Below, in pieces: positions 1 through 10,856 of a stretch of DNA of 64,000 nucleotides (its first letter is position 1; every line of letters starts with the position of its first letter). Both the position numbers and the translations under genes were made by a program. The notes below the pieces were generated by a model. It did no database searches. It worked only from the letters and a program-made list of their open reading frames with translations, and was not told the DNA's origin. This DNA comes from Flectonema sp. DT1601 (lineage: Eukaryota), in assembly GCA_964019425.1 (NCBI GenBank), contig OZ025796.1, forward strand, positions 248,001 to 312,000. Reading direction: 5' to 3'.

Positions 1-955
1 GAGTACTACAACATCGTATGATTGCCTTCCACAAAACAGGATTACGCTTTCCTTCTATTAACTGACAGGCAGCATTGAATGTGTGAACGGCTATATTAAC
101 AGCCTCTCGAGAGTTGTCGTTGTTGGAAGCAGATAGTAGAATAATATAACAATTAAAAGGTATTTTACCAAGTGGGAATAAGTTCCAAATACTGCGAAGG
201 ACTGAAAGGCTATTTAATGATCGCAACAATGAAAAAATTATGAAAAGCTCTTTTGAATTAAAATTTTGAAAAACTTTTTGATGAGACTGCGTAATTGCAG
301 AAAAAACATCGAAGCAGTTACTTGACAAGCTTCCCTTAATCACAGACTCAAATAAATCAAAGGTAACAGCAAACCCTTGTGATTCGAATTGCCTGTAGAC
401 TTCCTTCAGTTCCAACGAAGTTTCACAAATTTCCATTCTTACAAAGAAATCCCTCGCACAGAGGTTTCCAAGGCATCTTAAGATAAATTCATCCCATATC
501 ATTTTTCTGTATTTTATGTCATCTTTTACCGTCTTAGTATGTAATAACGATTGGCATAAATCGCTCACGCTTATCGTATATCCCGTTGATAAGGAATGGC
601 TCGCTAAATCAATTACCGTCGATGCGGAAGTTGGTATTTTTAGAAGCATTGCGATGCCTCTGCTGTCGAGTTGGATGCCGTTAGAGAGAATGAACTGCAA
701 TAATTGTTTTTGAGATTTAACATCGTTGTGTTCGATGCTTTTTTGCAATGCCCACGTGACAGTTACTTTTCCAACGTTCCATCCATTTTTGTGTGCAACA
801 ATAACGTCGTTGGCGATGTTATTGGAGCCATTGAGTAGCCAACTCTTTTTCAACTCATCGGTACATAGTCCGTCTGTGGGATACCAAAAACGACTTCTTT
901 TTACTGGTGAGCTCCAGGCAGCACGTCTACCTGCCACAATGAATCGTTTTCCTTT
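1..955 (-). CDS. Partial gene running off the left edge; helical-repeat (possibly PPR-like) protein, start uncertain
   Basis: Stop-free minus frame from 955 to 2 (KGKRFIVAGRRAAWSSPVKRSRFWYPTDG...YIILLSASNNDNSREAVNIAVHTFNAACQLIEGKRNPVLWKAIIRCCST). It is absent from the ORF track because no stop lies in the window. First in-frame ATG is at 649. The PPR-like call is by eye only. Confidence 0.65.
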
Positions 956-1233
956 CTTGTTTTTTTTTTTTTTTTTTTTTTCTGGAAAAAAAAAAGAGGG
1001 GGGAAAAAATGTTAGATGCTTACTTTAGTGATGCCGCCGATGTACTTTTTGTCACTACCCCATCAACAGAGGGGTTTCATGTACAAGTGAACTACTGCTT
1101 TGGGTTAGCTGGTTGTTCAACAAGGTTTGCTTTTTTTTTTTTTTTTTTTTTTTTTTTTGTCTTCCCTCGTCGTCGTTTTTTTTCTCCTCGCCTTGTTTTC
1201 TAAATTTTCTTGCTTTCGCTAATTTGTTTCTTC

Positions 1234-1264
<31 letters not shown>

Positions 1265-1883
1265 CAAAATTCTTTCTGTTACGGAAATACACGGTACAAA
1301 TCTCATTTGAAAAACACTCGGGACAGCATGGATAACATCCATCCTTCTTCGTCTTTTTTTTTTTTTTTTTTTCTCAGGATTCAGATGCTGATGTCGGAAT
1401 TGCGCTGCTTGCAAACACACGACTATTTCGTTTTAATTTTTTTAACTTTTTTTTTTTTTTTTTTTTAAAACAAGCAACCCTATCTTCTTACCGAAAGAAA
1501 AATAACGGTAAATTTTCAGCAGTCTGGAACAATATACAAATTTACTTTTTTTTTTTTTTTTCACTTTTTTTTTCTTTTTTCGTTTTTTTTTTTTTCATTC
1601 TCATTGACACCCACTACTAACAGAGCGAAGACTTCTTGAGCGAAGCAGAATGAATACAAATCGCTGATCGGTACAGCTTGTTGGTCTCTCTCAGTGTTTG
1701 ATCATTAGTTTCATAATATAGTATAGCGTGACAAGACGCAAACAGGTTTTGCTGACTGTTTTAATCGCTTGAGGGAAACGTAACAACATAAAAGCAAACC
1801 GTTGTTGCTTATTGGGGGTCATGTATTTCGAATCACCGAAAGAAAAAAAAAAAGGGGAAAAAAAGAAACAGAAGTTGACTTTT

Positions 1884-3132
1884 TTATTCGAAAATGTTCG
1901 CCACTGTTTCCCAAGAATTGTATGACTTTTTAGCAAAGTTTTTACTCAGGTCAACAGTAGTGTTAAGAATCGATTTGAAATCGTATGATTTTTCATTGTG
2001 GAATCTCGACAATTCTGATTCTAATTCCTTAGTGATTTCAACAGTTAGCTGAACTGTACTTTCATGTTTTTCTGCCAACTCATCGGCCTTTTCCTGTGCC
2101 TTTGCACGCAATTCTCCTTCAAGAGTATCGACCTTTAACTTTGCTTTGCGCAAAGACTCTTCTATGGAATCACGTGTCATCATAAGTTTTATAAGCCTGC
2201 GAATGGCATGTTTAATGGAGGTACACATCCCCTGGTAGTAAGTGATAGACTCAGCGACGTGAATACATTCGTTGTTTGCTTGTTCAACATTATTGGCTTC
2301 TTGTCTTGTCGTGTGTTCACCAATTTTTTTTATGATCTCAGAAGTCTCACGATCATCTTGATCAACATCACCTACAGCCATGAATGTGACTCCCCATTCT
2401 TTATAAGATTTACCTAACCCTACTCTATTGTGCATAATTTTGTTCATTCGCTCTCTCATCCCACGAAGAAGTCCCTCAAGTTTTTCAATGTAGCAGCTGG
2501 TTTCTTCCCATCTGGTGTACTCAGGAGTAGTTGGTTGAGCAGCAAACGCTTCTTTTACTCTAGATGAGGCAGGAAGACTAACGATGTCGTAAGTTTTTCT
2601 CGATAGCTGTTTAGAACGTTTGAGAAGCTCATCGGCTCCGAGTTGCAAAAAATCACACAAAACGTCCGCATTTTGCAATTTTGGATGCGCACCAACTCTT
2701 ACTAAGAATTTTCTAAGTGCTCTTTGACGGTAAGCTATCAGTCCGCTCGGTTGCTTAGGATCGTTGCTTGAGAACATTCCGATATTTTCAACCTTAGCAG
2801 TAATATCTTTTTCTGGAATTGGTGGCACTATGCAACCTGGGAACTCCAATACTAACTGTTCTCTTAGCCATGCGAAGTTGTTGTATCTTCTTTTGCTTAT
2901 TATATTAGCCTGTCTGAATGATGATAGTGATGTCTGTTTTTTTTTTTTTTTTTTTTTTTTGGCTTTTTTTTTTGTTGTTTTTTTTTTTCAAAAAAAAAAA
3001 AAAAAAAAAATCAAGACAAAATACCTTAGTGTGGATGTGGTACTCCCAGTGACTAAAAGCTCCAGATCCAACCTTCTCGGGATCACAGACAGCAAACTCA
3101 AACACGGTTCCTGGTGGTAGATCGTCAGCCAT
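1884..3132 (-). CDS. Sorting nexin (PX + BAR/Vps5-like coiled coil), 2 exons
   Basis: Exons 3132-3025 and 2933-1884, GT-AG intron 3024-2934. The spliced frame restores the PX motif HTK|TSLSSFRQANIISKRRYNNFAWLREQLVLEFPGCIVPPIPEK, followed by RQRALRKFLVRVGAHPKL and a helical C-terminal half. Confidence 0.9.
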
Positions 3133-3313
3133 ATTGCGTCAATACTGAGAAAGATAGAAAATGATATTACAACACAGTTCGTTATGGTTATCTTAAATAT
3201 TTCAGATAAAAAGATAGAATCGCAGATATACTGCGGGTGGGACGAATAGCGAAAAACCAAAACAGAAAAGAAAGAACGAAAAAAAAACAAACAAGATAAA
3301 ATACAGAAACCAA

Positions 3314-4282
3314 CTACGTCTGTTCAACCTCATGAACAATAACAGCGGCACGTGGAAACAATTCACATTCTTGGAGAGTTGATCTCGGGCTTAACATTCT
3401 AACAGGAAATGTTGTTGAGATGTAAAACTCATATCCCGTATAGTCATCCCGAGCAACTACCGTGTCGTATACGACTTGTAGGTAATTAGTTCGAAGATAA
3501 CGACGTTGAATTGATTGTCCAGAGGGAAGTGTAATTTTGAGAGTAGAAACGTCAGGTCCAGGTGGCGGTTCTACCGGAAGTAAATCACGTGTTGCATTGC
3601 GTGTTATCTGTAGATTACGAACTCGTTCTTCTTCAGTATTTCTAAGTTGTTGTTCAGCATTCCTAAGTTGTTGTCGAAGAATATCAGATGCAATAGCTTC
3701 TTCTAATTCACGTCTTTGTTCTGTGCGTAATCTCTCTCTGTCAGCAACACCTTGTGCGTTAGTACGTTGAGCTTCAGTTACGTTGCGACATGTTTCCAGG
3801 GCTTCTGATAGTCTTCTGCACATTTCACTTGAGTCGATGAGACCTTGTATCTTTAATACAACAATACCAGTACCAGCTTTATGAGGATATAGTACTGCTG
3901 CAAGTGGGTATCTGGTACCAACAACACTATTAGCACATGTGTGGCCTGCAATGCTGTTTGCTGTAGCTGCCCAGAACACAAAACAATCTTTGATTATATC
4001 GACAGTGATAGACGCAGCTAGAGTATGTTTTACAAACGGTGCTGCGTCTGGATGACCAGAACTATGTACGTATACTAATAAAGGTTTTCCACGGCATCTT
4101 GCAGTGTCGCCTGCTTGATAAAAGGATCCCTCAAATAATTGAATCGTATCACATTCTTCATATCCAACTTCCATTCCGCAGTCCCGCAACTCATCAACAA
4201 TATCACCCTCAGCTCCAGCTGGCAGAAATTTGCCAAACAATTCCGCCGCTGATTGAACGTGAGACATAATGTACTTTATCAT
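3314..4282 (-). CDS. UAS + coiled coil + UBX domain protein (FAF2/UBXD8-like p97 adaptor)
   Basis: 322-aa ORF: UAS-like KPLLVYVHS...FVFWA, coiled coil RERLRTEQRRELEEAIASD, C-terminal UBX (LPVEP...ITLPSGQSIQRRY...TTFPVR...TLQECELFPRAAV). The start may be the second Met (4267). Confidence 0.85.
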   Translation of the reverse strand: MIKYIMSHVQSAAELFGKFLPAGAEGDIVDELRDCGMEVGYEECDTIQLFEGSFYQAGDTARCRGKPLLVYVHSSGHPDAAPFVKHTLAASITVDIIKDCFVFWAATANSIAGHTCANSVVGTRYPLAAVLYPHKAGTGIVVLKIQGLIDSSEMCRRLSEALETCRNVTEAQRTNAQGVADRERLRTEQRRELEEAIASDILRQQLRNAEQQLRNTEEERVRNLQITRNATRDLLPVEPPPGPDVSTLKITLPSGQSIQRRYLRTNYLQVVYDTVVARDDYTGYEFYISTTFPVRMLSPRSTLQECELFPRAAVIVHEVEQT

Positions 4283-4870
4283 TGTGGATGTTCGGTATTA
4301 TTATTTTTTCTAAATAGAAATAAGGATGTTGATTTAAAAGGAATATTGGTATTGATGAACATTCTACACTCCTGCTTAACGAACATATCTTTAAAGCTAT
4401 ATAGGGAAGAAGGGAAAGAAATGAATAAAAATTTTAGTTGTTCAAAAAAAAAAAGAAGTTTAATAAACGGTACTTAGCAATGATTGCCCCTCACTTCGGA
4501 TAATTCTTTCTTTTTTTTTTATATTATTTTCATTTTCATTTCTTTCCTCCTTCGATTTTATGCTTTTCGATTTTTTTTTTTTTTTTTTTTCTTTTTATTT
4601 TTTTTAAAACCTTTTCTTGTTGGACGTGACTAAAACCAATCACACCAACCTGACAGAAGAAGAACATTATTAAAAAAAATTAAAAATTGAAAGTAACTTT
4701 TAAAAAAAAAAGAAAATCAGACGATCCTCTTATTCCATACAGCGGACCAGGAATCCTGTCGCGGGAAATAAAGATAGGCGCATTACCAAACATGAAACAT
4801 AGGCTCAATAATCTGAAATTCTTTTTCTAAAACAAAAACAAAAGAAAGGAAAAAAAAAAAAAAAAAAAAA

Positions 4871-5145
4871 CGGGGGGTTAACTATTTGATTTTGTACGTA
4901 AAATGCAAATGTATCATAAAACAACGATAATTTAACATTAGAAGTAGATACAGTGATTATGGTAGTGATGCTTAACTTTAGCCTTTTGAAGTAACTATTT
5001 AGGGTTTCGAGAGTAATCTATGTACCTCTTTACCTCTATTCTCGCATCATCAGTTATGGTGAAGAAGTAAGTCAGTCAACCATTGTGACTGAAGCATTCT
5101 AGTTAGCAAGACTAGGATGTAGTTACTTTAGTTATAATGTTCATA
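4871..5145 (-). mobile_element. Dispersed repeat family A copy (structured, hammerhead-like core)
   Basis: Aligns by eye with 31660-31935 (shared gtatcataaa, tagatacagtga, aagtaacta, gtttcgagagtaatc, cctctttacctctattctc, catcatcagttatggtg, tagttacttta). The minus strand reads CTGATGA...CTCTCGAAAC. Confidence 0.65.
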
Positions 5146-5195
5146 AAAAAAAAGGGATGGGAGAAAAAAAAAAAAAAAAGAATTCCTCAGATTCT

Positions 5196-7367
5196 CTAGT
5201 CACTTTCTTCGCTTTCTTCTTCTTCTTCTTCCTCTTCGCTTTCTTCGTTGAGGGCTGTGAATAATTCTTGGCAAGCTTCGAACATTTTAGTCTCGGATTC
5301 TTCGAGGTCATCTTTGTTTGTCGTCCAATCTTCTTGTAATCTCAAAATGGTATCATCGGATATAAGATCTCCAACATACATCGTGTATATGTAAGATGAT
5401 ATCTTCTCAGCAAACGCAGGAGCATCAGTCGCGAAGTCTATTAGTGTTTCAAGAACCGAGTCTTGAACAGAATTACTATCGAATTCAACCAGGATCTTTC
5501 CCCATGATGTAATTACTTTTTTAAATGTTTTTAATAGTGATAAAGATGAATCTTGTTTAACCTGATCCTCAATGCTATTTAAAAGACCGAGAAGAATTGC
5601 TCTACAAGTATCAACAGTTGTAACGTCATAAGAGAATTTGAGTGAGCGAAGCTCAACACATGTTCCGTCGAATTCAAGGTCTTCTCCTACAGCACGTCCG
5701 AGTAGTCCGATGACGTCTCGAGCGAATCGATCTTCGTTAGTTTCTCTTCCGTATTGACCAGCTGATGAATTACTTCTTGTGAATAGAGTGTCTATTGAAA
5801 TAGCATCGCTTGCTTCAGGATAGCTTAGTTTGTGTAGATCTAAAATGGCTTCAGTCAGGTGTTTATATTGTTTTCCATAACCATTCTCACCAACCTGAGA
5901 GACATCGTTGTCCTTGTTTGTTATTGTGACGACCTCATCAAAGGATTCTTCATTTTCCATTTTAGTCGATAAACGTGTTCCGGATTGTATGTTTTGAGAA
6001 TTCGATACCTTAACGTCAAATGATACAATGCAGTTATTCTCTACAACGCAATTATCTCCTACAGAGGCTCTGTTACAAATGATGCTTCCGTTTATTTCAC
6101 TTCCGTTTCCGATAGTCACACCTGCCCAGATCTGACTGTTCGTAATGACACAGTTTTTCCCAAGTTTCACTCCTTCACCCAAAACTGAATTTATGATTGT
6201 ACAGCCGTCATCAATGAAAGTTTTTGGTCCAATTAAATAACTCTCTGAAAGGGTTACTGACTGGCTTATTGTAGAGGTTTTATCAATGTAGCCGGAAGAG
6301 GAATATTGGCTGCTTTTAAAGTTGAAATAGCTGCTGGCGAATAGTTCCGTTACTACTAATGGATAAGCCCATCGTTCAAGTACGGAACGTGTGATAGAAG
6401 GAACGGATTCTAAGGTTTTAACTCTACGAAAATAAAAAGTCTCCGGGATAATGTCGAGTATTATTTTGTTTCCAAGTAGCTCATCGTTGATAACAGATTT
6501 CACACAATCTCTCATGTCGCGGTAGTCGAAATTTTGATCAAATAACTCCAACAAACCCATGCTACATATAGCCATACCAGTCTCAACAAGATCACTTCTT
6601 ATTGAGAGTGTTGGGTGTTCATCCATCAACGATAGAATTAGTGGTAAGTGTTCTTTGTCTTCTGGGTCTTTATCTTCTTGGAATTCACCTTTCCACGGAA
6701 TATATTGAAGAAGGTTACCAGTTAATGGATCTATGACAGCACTAACACGGTCTTCTCCAGTTATACCAATGTGAGATGAAGTGTTGTTTACAGATCGTTG
6801 ATTTCCGTCTTCGTTGTTCCCATTTGTGTTTTTAGAAATTGAATCTTCCATTAGCTGACGGCGATTGTTTTCCATTACTCCGGATTGTTCCTGTAGAACT
6901 AAAGTCATTAATATTGACCTGTCATTCTTGGTTTTTGCCAAGTGGGTTTTCCACATCTGTCTCAGTAGAGTCATGTTAGTAATAACGTCTCCCATCAAAA
7001 GTATAAAATCCCTTCTGAGAACGTCGTAGGCGTTTATCTCTCTAATTGCGCTTGCGACGCAGTCTGATCTGCAGCAAAGAACTCGTACCTCAACATTGTA
7101 TAAAGTGTTTTCATTTTTTTCAACGTGTTCTTGAATTGCTTTACTGTGGGCATTTGCAACGATAAAAATTTGCTCTACTCCGTTGGAAGCCAAAAACTCC
7201 ATCGTATAGTCTAACATTGTCACACCGGCAATTGGCATTAGTACTCGCGGCATTTCATAAGAAATTGGTCTGAAATCCTCAGTGAATGAGTCTGCTAAGA
7301 GGACGGCACTTAGGACCCCGACTTCTTTTTCTTTCTCCTTACCTGATTTTTGATTTTTGCGAGACAT
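5196..7367 (-). CDS. EIF2B5: Translation initiation factor eIF2B epsilon subunit (GCD6 homolog)
   Basis: 723-aa ORF: NTP-transferase-like N-terminus (AVLLADSFTEDFRPISYEMPRVLMPI), hexapeptide LbH repeats (INSVLGEGVKLGKNCVITNSQIW), W2-like domain with acidic tail. Confidence 0.93.
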   Translation of the reverse strand: MSRKNQKSGKEKEKEVGVLSAVLLADSFTEDFRPISYEMPRVLMPIAGVTMLDYTMEFLASNGVEQIFIVANAHSKAIQEHVEKNENTLYNVEVRVLCCRSDCVASAIREINAYDVLRRDFILLMGDVITNMTLLRQMWKTHLAKTKNDRSILMTLVLQEQSGVMENNRRQLMEDSISKNTNGNNEDGNQRSVNNTSSHIGITGEDRVSAVIDPLTGNLLQYIPWKGEFQEDKDPEDKEHLPLILSLMDEHPTLSIRSDLVETGMAICSMGLLELFDQNFDYRDMRDCVKSVINDELLGNKIILDIIPETFYFRRVKTLESVPSITRSVLERWAYPLVVTELFASSYFNFKSSQYSSSGYIDKTSTISQSVTLSESYLIGPKTFIDDGCTIINSVLGEGVKLGKNCVITNSQIWAGVTIGNGSEINGSIICNRASVGDNCVVENNCIVSFDVKVSNSQNIQSGTRLSTKMENEESFDEVVTITNKDNDVSQVGENGYGKQYKHLTEAILDLHKLSYPEASDAISIDTLFTRSNSSAGQYGRETNEDRFARDVIGLLGRAVGEDLEFDGTCVELRSLKFSYDVTTVDTCRAILLGLLNSIEDQVKQDSSLSLLKTFKKVITSWGKILVEFDSNSVQDSVLETLIDFATDAPAFAEKISSYIYTMYVGDLISDDTILRLQEDWTTNKDDLEESETKMFEACQELFTALNEESEEEEEEEESEESD

Positions 7368-8157
7368 TTTATTGATATAATTTAACGAGCTCTGTGTGGA
7401 AATAATATTAGAAATATTTTATTGAAGTTAGGGAAGTCAAAAACCTCTGATGGATGCCCACGTTGAAGTTACTTGCTCTCAGACAGACGCTGGCATTGCT
7501 CTTGAAATAGAAATCTAAATTAATAATTACTACGCACCGCAACCAATAGCAGAACACACGTCCTCACATAAGAGGTAGGGATTTGGGGGTCAAGAGAAAA
7601 GAGAAAAGGGAGAGTGGAAGGGGGGTTTTTTTTTTTCTTTTTGGAACACATTCGTTTCATGTTTTTTTTCCCCCGTGTAAACCTGTTTCAATTCGATCAT
7701 AAAACCAGATAATCGGTTTTTTTTTTTTTTTTTTTTTTTTTTTTCCATCCCTCACATTGTTATTCTTTTTTTTTTCAATTTGGGATGTCAAAAGTAACTG
7801 TGGAGAAATCCCATTTTACCACTTACGACAACAGAAAAAAAGAAAAAAAAAAAAAGGGGGGTAAATAATAGAACATCACAACCACTATCAATTGGGGAGG
7901 CGGGAGACAGAGTTCCGGTAACTGGAAACACTAGGGTAGGGACATCATCTTTTTTTTCTGTTCTTCTTCTTCTTCTTCTTCTTTAAAATCAATACGACAT
8001 GGAATGCTAAAGGATTTCGCACGTTCATCGAACGAGGCAGATTGCCATTATAAATAACACAATGATGATTATTATTATTATTATTTTTTTTTGTTCCCTT
8101 TTTGAGGAGGAGGTACGAGATGCCCGTGTAGTGAGACGTGTAAGTTGCTGACACAAA

Positions 8158-8193
<36 letters not shown>

Positions 8194-9549
8194 ATACCCT
8201 CGCTGCAATGTATTGCATAACGAAAAACCTTTCATACGTTACGGATACAGTGTGTCTTGATTAACGCAACCGCAAAATAGGTATTGGAGTGGGAAAAAAA
8301 CAAAAAAAAAAATGAAACGGGAAAAAAAAAAAATAGAAGTTGAAGAGGGAGGATTCTCCCCATCAGGTTCACTTCCCAAAAAGATGACTTTTCACATAAA
8401 GAAAGAGAAGAGAAGGGCGATCAATAAAGATTTTAATCACTTCATGATATTCAGCAGACGACCTGCGTCTTAAGATTGATATTTATTGTGCATGAGTACG
8501 AAATGAGAAGACTAATATTATTTTTTTAACGGGAAGAGTCTGTCCCTGAACCAACATGACACGGACTTGTCAGATGTACTTTTTTTATCTACCAAGTTAA
8601 TTTATCTCAAATTGCGTTTTTTTTTTTTCTTTTTTTGCACCGACGAATTCGGAGAAAAAACCCCATTGAGATTAAGTGCCGTTTTACTTATATTATTATG
8701 GTCAAAATGATATCCATCGCCAGTAATACTGTATGCGATCACATAAAATAAAAAAGGCTTTATCTGGAATGGTCCTTTTTTCTTTTTTTTTTTTTTTTGC
8801 AACAACAACAATATGAAAAAATATAATTCAGCAACTAAAATAAAATAAAAAACACATTGATATTGAGTTCCACAACAAAAAAAAGGAAAGGTAGATTTTA
8901 GCAAAGACGACAAACAAAAAAAAACTACGGATGTGATTGAAAAAAAAGAAACCAACACAACCGATTTGAATTTAAGTCTCGCAAAAGCAGTCATTGTGTA
9001 AGTGTAAGCAGCGACTAACTTTTGTTGTAACAGTTTTTTTTTTTTTTTTTTTTTTTTTTTCAAAATAAGTTTTTGAAATGATATAAAAAAAAAAAAATAA
9101 AAAAAAGTCAACACTTCCCATTTTAACAGGATAATAGTATCTTCATCCTGTATGATTTAAAAAAAAAAATAAAAAAAACAGGGGGAAAATAAGGAGGGAG
9201 GTTTTCTCTTTAAAGAGACGGGCAATCAATCAACAAGGAGGCTTTGGTTTCAATTTGGTTTGATTATGAGTATTTTTTTTTTTTTCCCGAGTGAAATAAT
9301 ACAAAAACTGCTTTAGGAGAGGGGACAGAAAAAAATAAAAAAATATATAAAAGTGAATCGACTCTACTTGAATCACACTCGGTAAAAAATCAGGTCTCGA
9401 GTGCTCTTGCAGAGATTTGTTGGCGTACAAAAATGTACAACAACTGGTTCTCGTTGCAGACAAGACTAACGGGGAAGACTGTTTGATTAGGTTCATACGA
9501 ATATAAATCTCTGTATTGTATCAGAACTCAATAATAATATTAAAAAACT

Positions 9550-9644
9550 CATGACACAGTGACTAAAATGTTAATACAGGCTAACACTCTGCGATTGACG
9601 TAAATACTTTACATTATAATAAATGTTTCTAACTCAGCTGCATA
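9550..9644. repeat. Dispersed repeat family D copy
   Basis: Shares aatgtta.ta.aggc.aacactct....tgacg and an exact 19-mer tttctaactcagctgcata with 60858-60938. Confidence 0.6.
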
Positions 9645-10856
9645 CACATCTCTTTTTCCGTGTTGTCATTCAGTGCAGTACGGAATCGAGTAATTCAATT
9701 TTAAATTAATCGTGAGCCCTGGGAAACCAAAACCAGGGTATAATGTAATACGGCAGAATGTAGGTTTCGCCTATAGTCTCGTCAAGAAATAAACAATCTT
9801 TATAAAAAAATAAAAATGAACATTTCTTAGTAACGGGGGAGGAGGGGGAAGGGAAAAAAAAAAAAAAAAAAAAAAAATGGAGAATGGAGAATACGAAGTT
9901 GAGTATCAAATGTTTAAAACAGTAAGTGAAACAAAGCAACTCAGGTAATCGTATCTCCGACTGGTTGTGACGACCAAGACAACTCGTATGCCTCATCAGT
10001 CTCACTGTCTTATAATAAAAAACTCGTTTCGTTTTTTTTTTTTTTTTTTTCTGCTTGTACACAGTAAATTGTTTTTCCTCTTATAAAACGTCTTCATTAT
10101 GAAAAAAAAAAATATATAAAATAAATAAAATAAAAAGACAATGGCAGGAAAGCATGTGTACGAAAGTGTTATTTGTCGCAAGTCACAGGTCCCCAATAAT
10201 CGGTGTAAGTGTAACAACGGATTTCTGATCTTTTCTAGTAGTAAGGAACTTGGAAATAGTCCTTGAGCGTAATGGGAGGAGAAAAAAGTAACGTTTTTTT
10301 TAATTTTTTTTTGCTGTCTTCCGCTCATGGTTACTCTTACCGAAGAGTTTCCATAGCAGAAGCCTAATAACAAGGGAAAGAGGAGATTTCTTTTTTTTTT
10401 TTTTTTTTTTTTCTGTGCTTTTTTCAGTCAAGTGATGCACAACATCAATACAGCAAACAGTGACAGGTCCTGAGTATAAATGAATACGTTCGGTTCATCA
10501 CAAAAAGCCTAAATTAAAATATCACAGAGAGACACCTCTGGTAAGAAAAAAAAGAGAAAGGAACAGTGAGCACAAAAACCGAAGAGGGGGTGAGCCATGC
10601 ACCAAAAGAGCTAAGACACAAGCTCGTGTAGTGGAACAGAAATTCGAGGAAAGTTTTTTTCTTTTTTTTTTTTTTTTTCTTATTGGTTGGACATTTTAAA
10701 GTAATCCTAAAACACTTCTAGAAAAAAAGTTTTCTCATTTTTTTTATTTTTTTTTTTGTTCTCTTCATTTTTCATTTTCATTGTTGTACATCATTTTAAA
10801 AAAAAAAAAAAAAAAAATGTATCTTTTTTTTTTTTTTACAAAGGTATCCCACCACC

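Noticed and set aside
7945..10373. Many 60-170 aa ORFs rich in poly-Lys/poly-Phe here and at 17.8-19.8, 31.8-38.3 and 53.5-59.2 kb
   Set aside because: They are translations of A/T homopolymer tracts with no domain signal.
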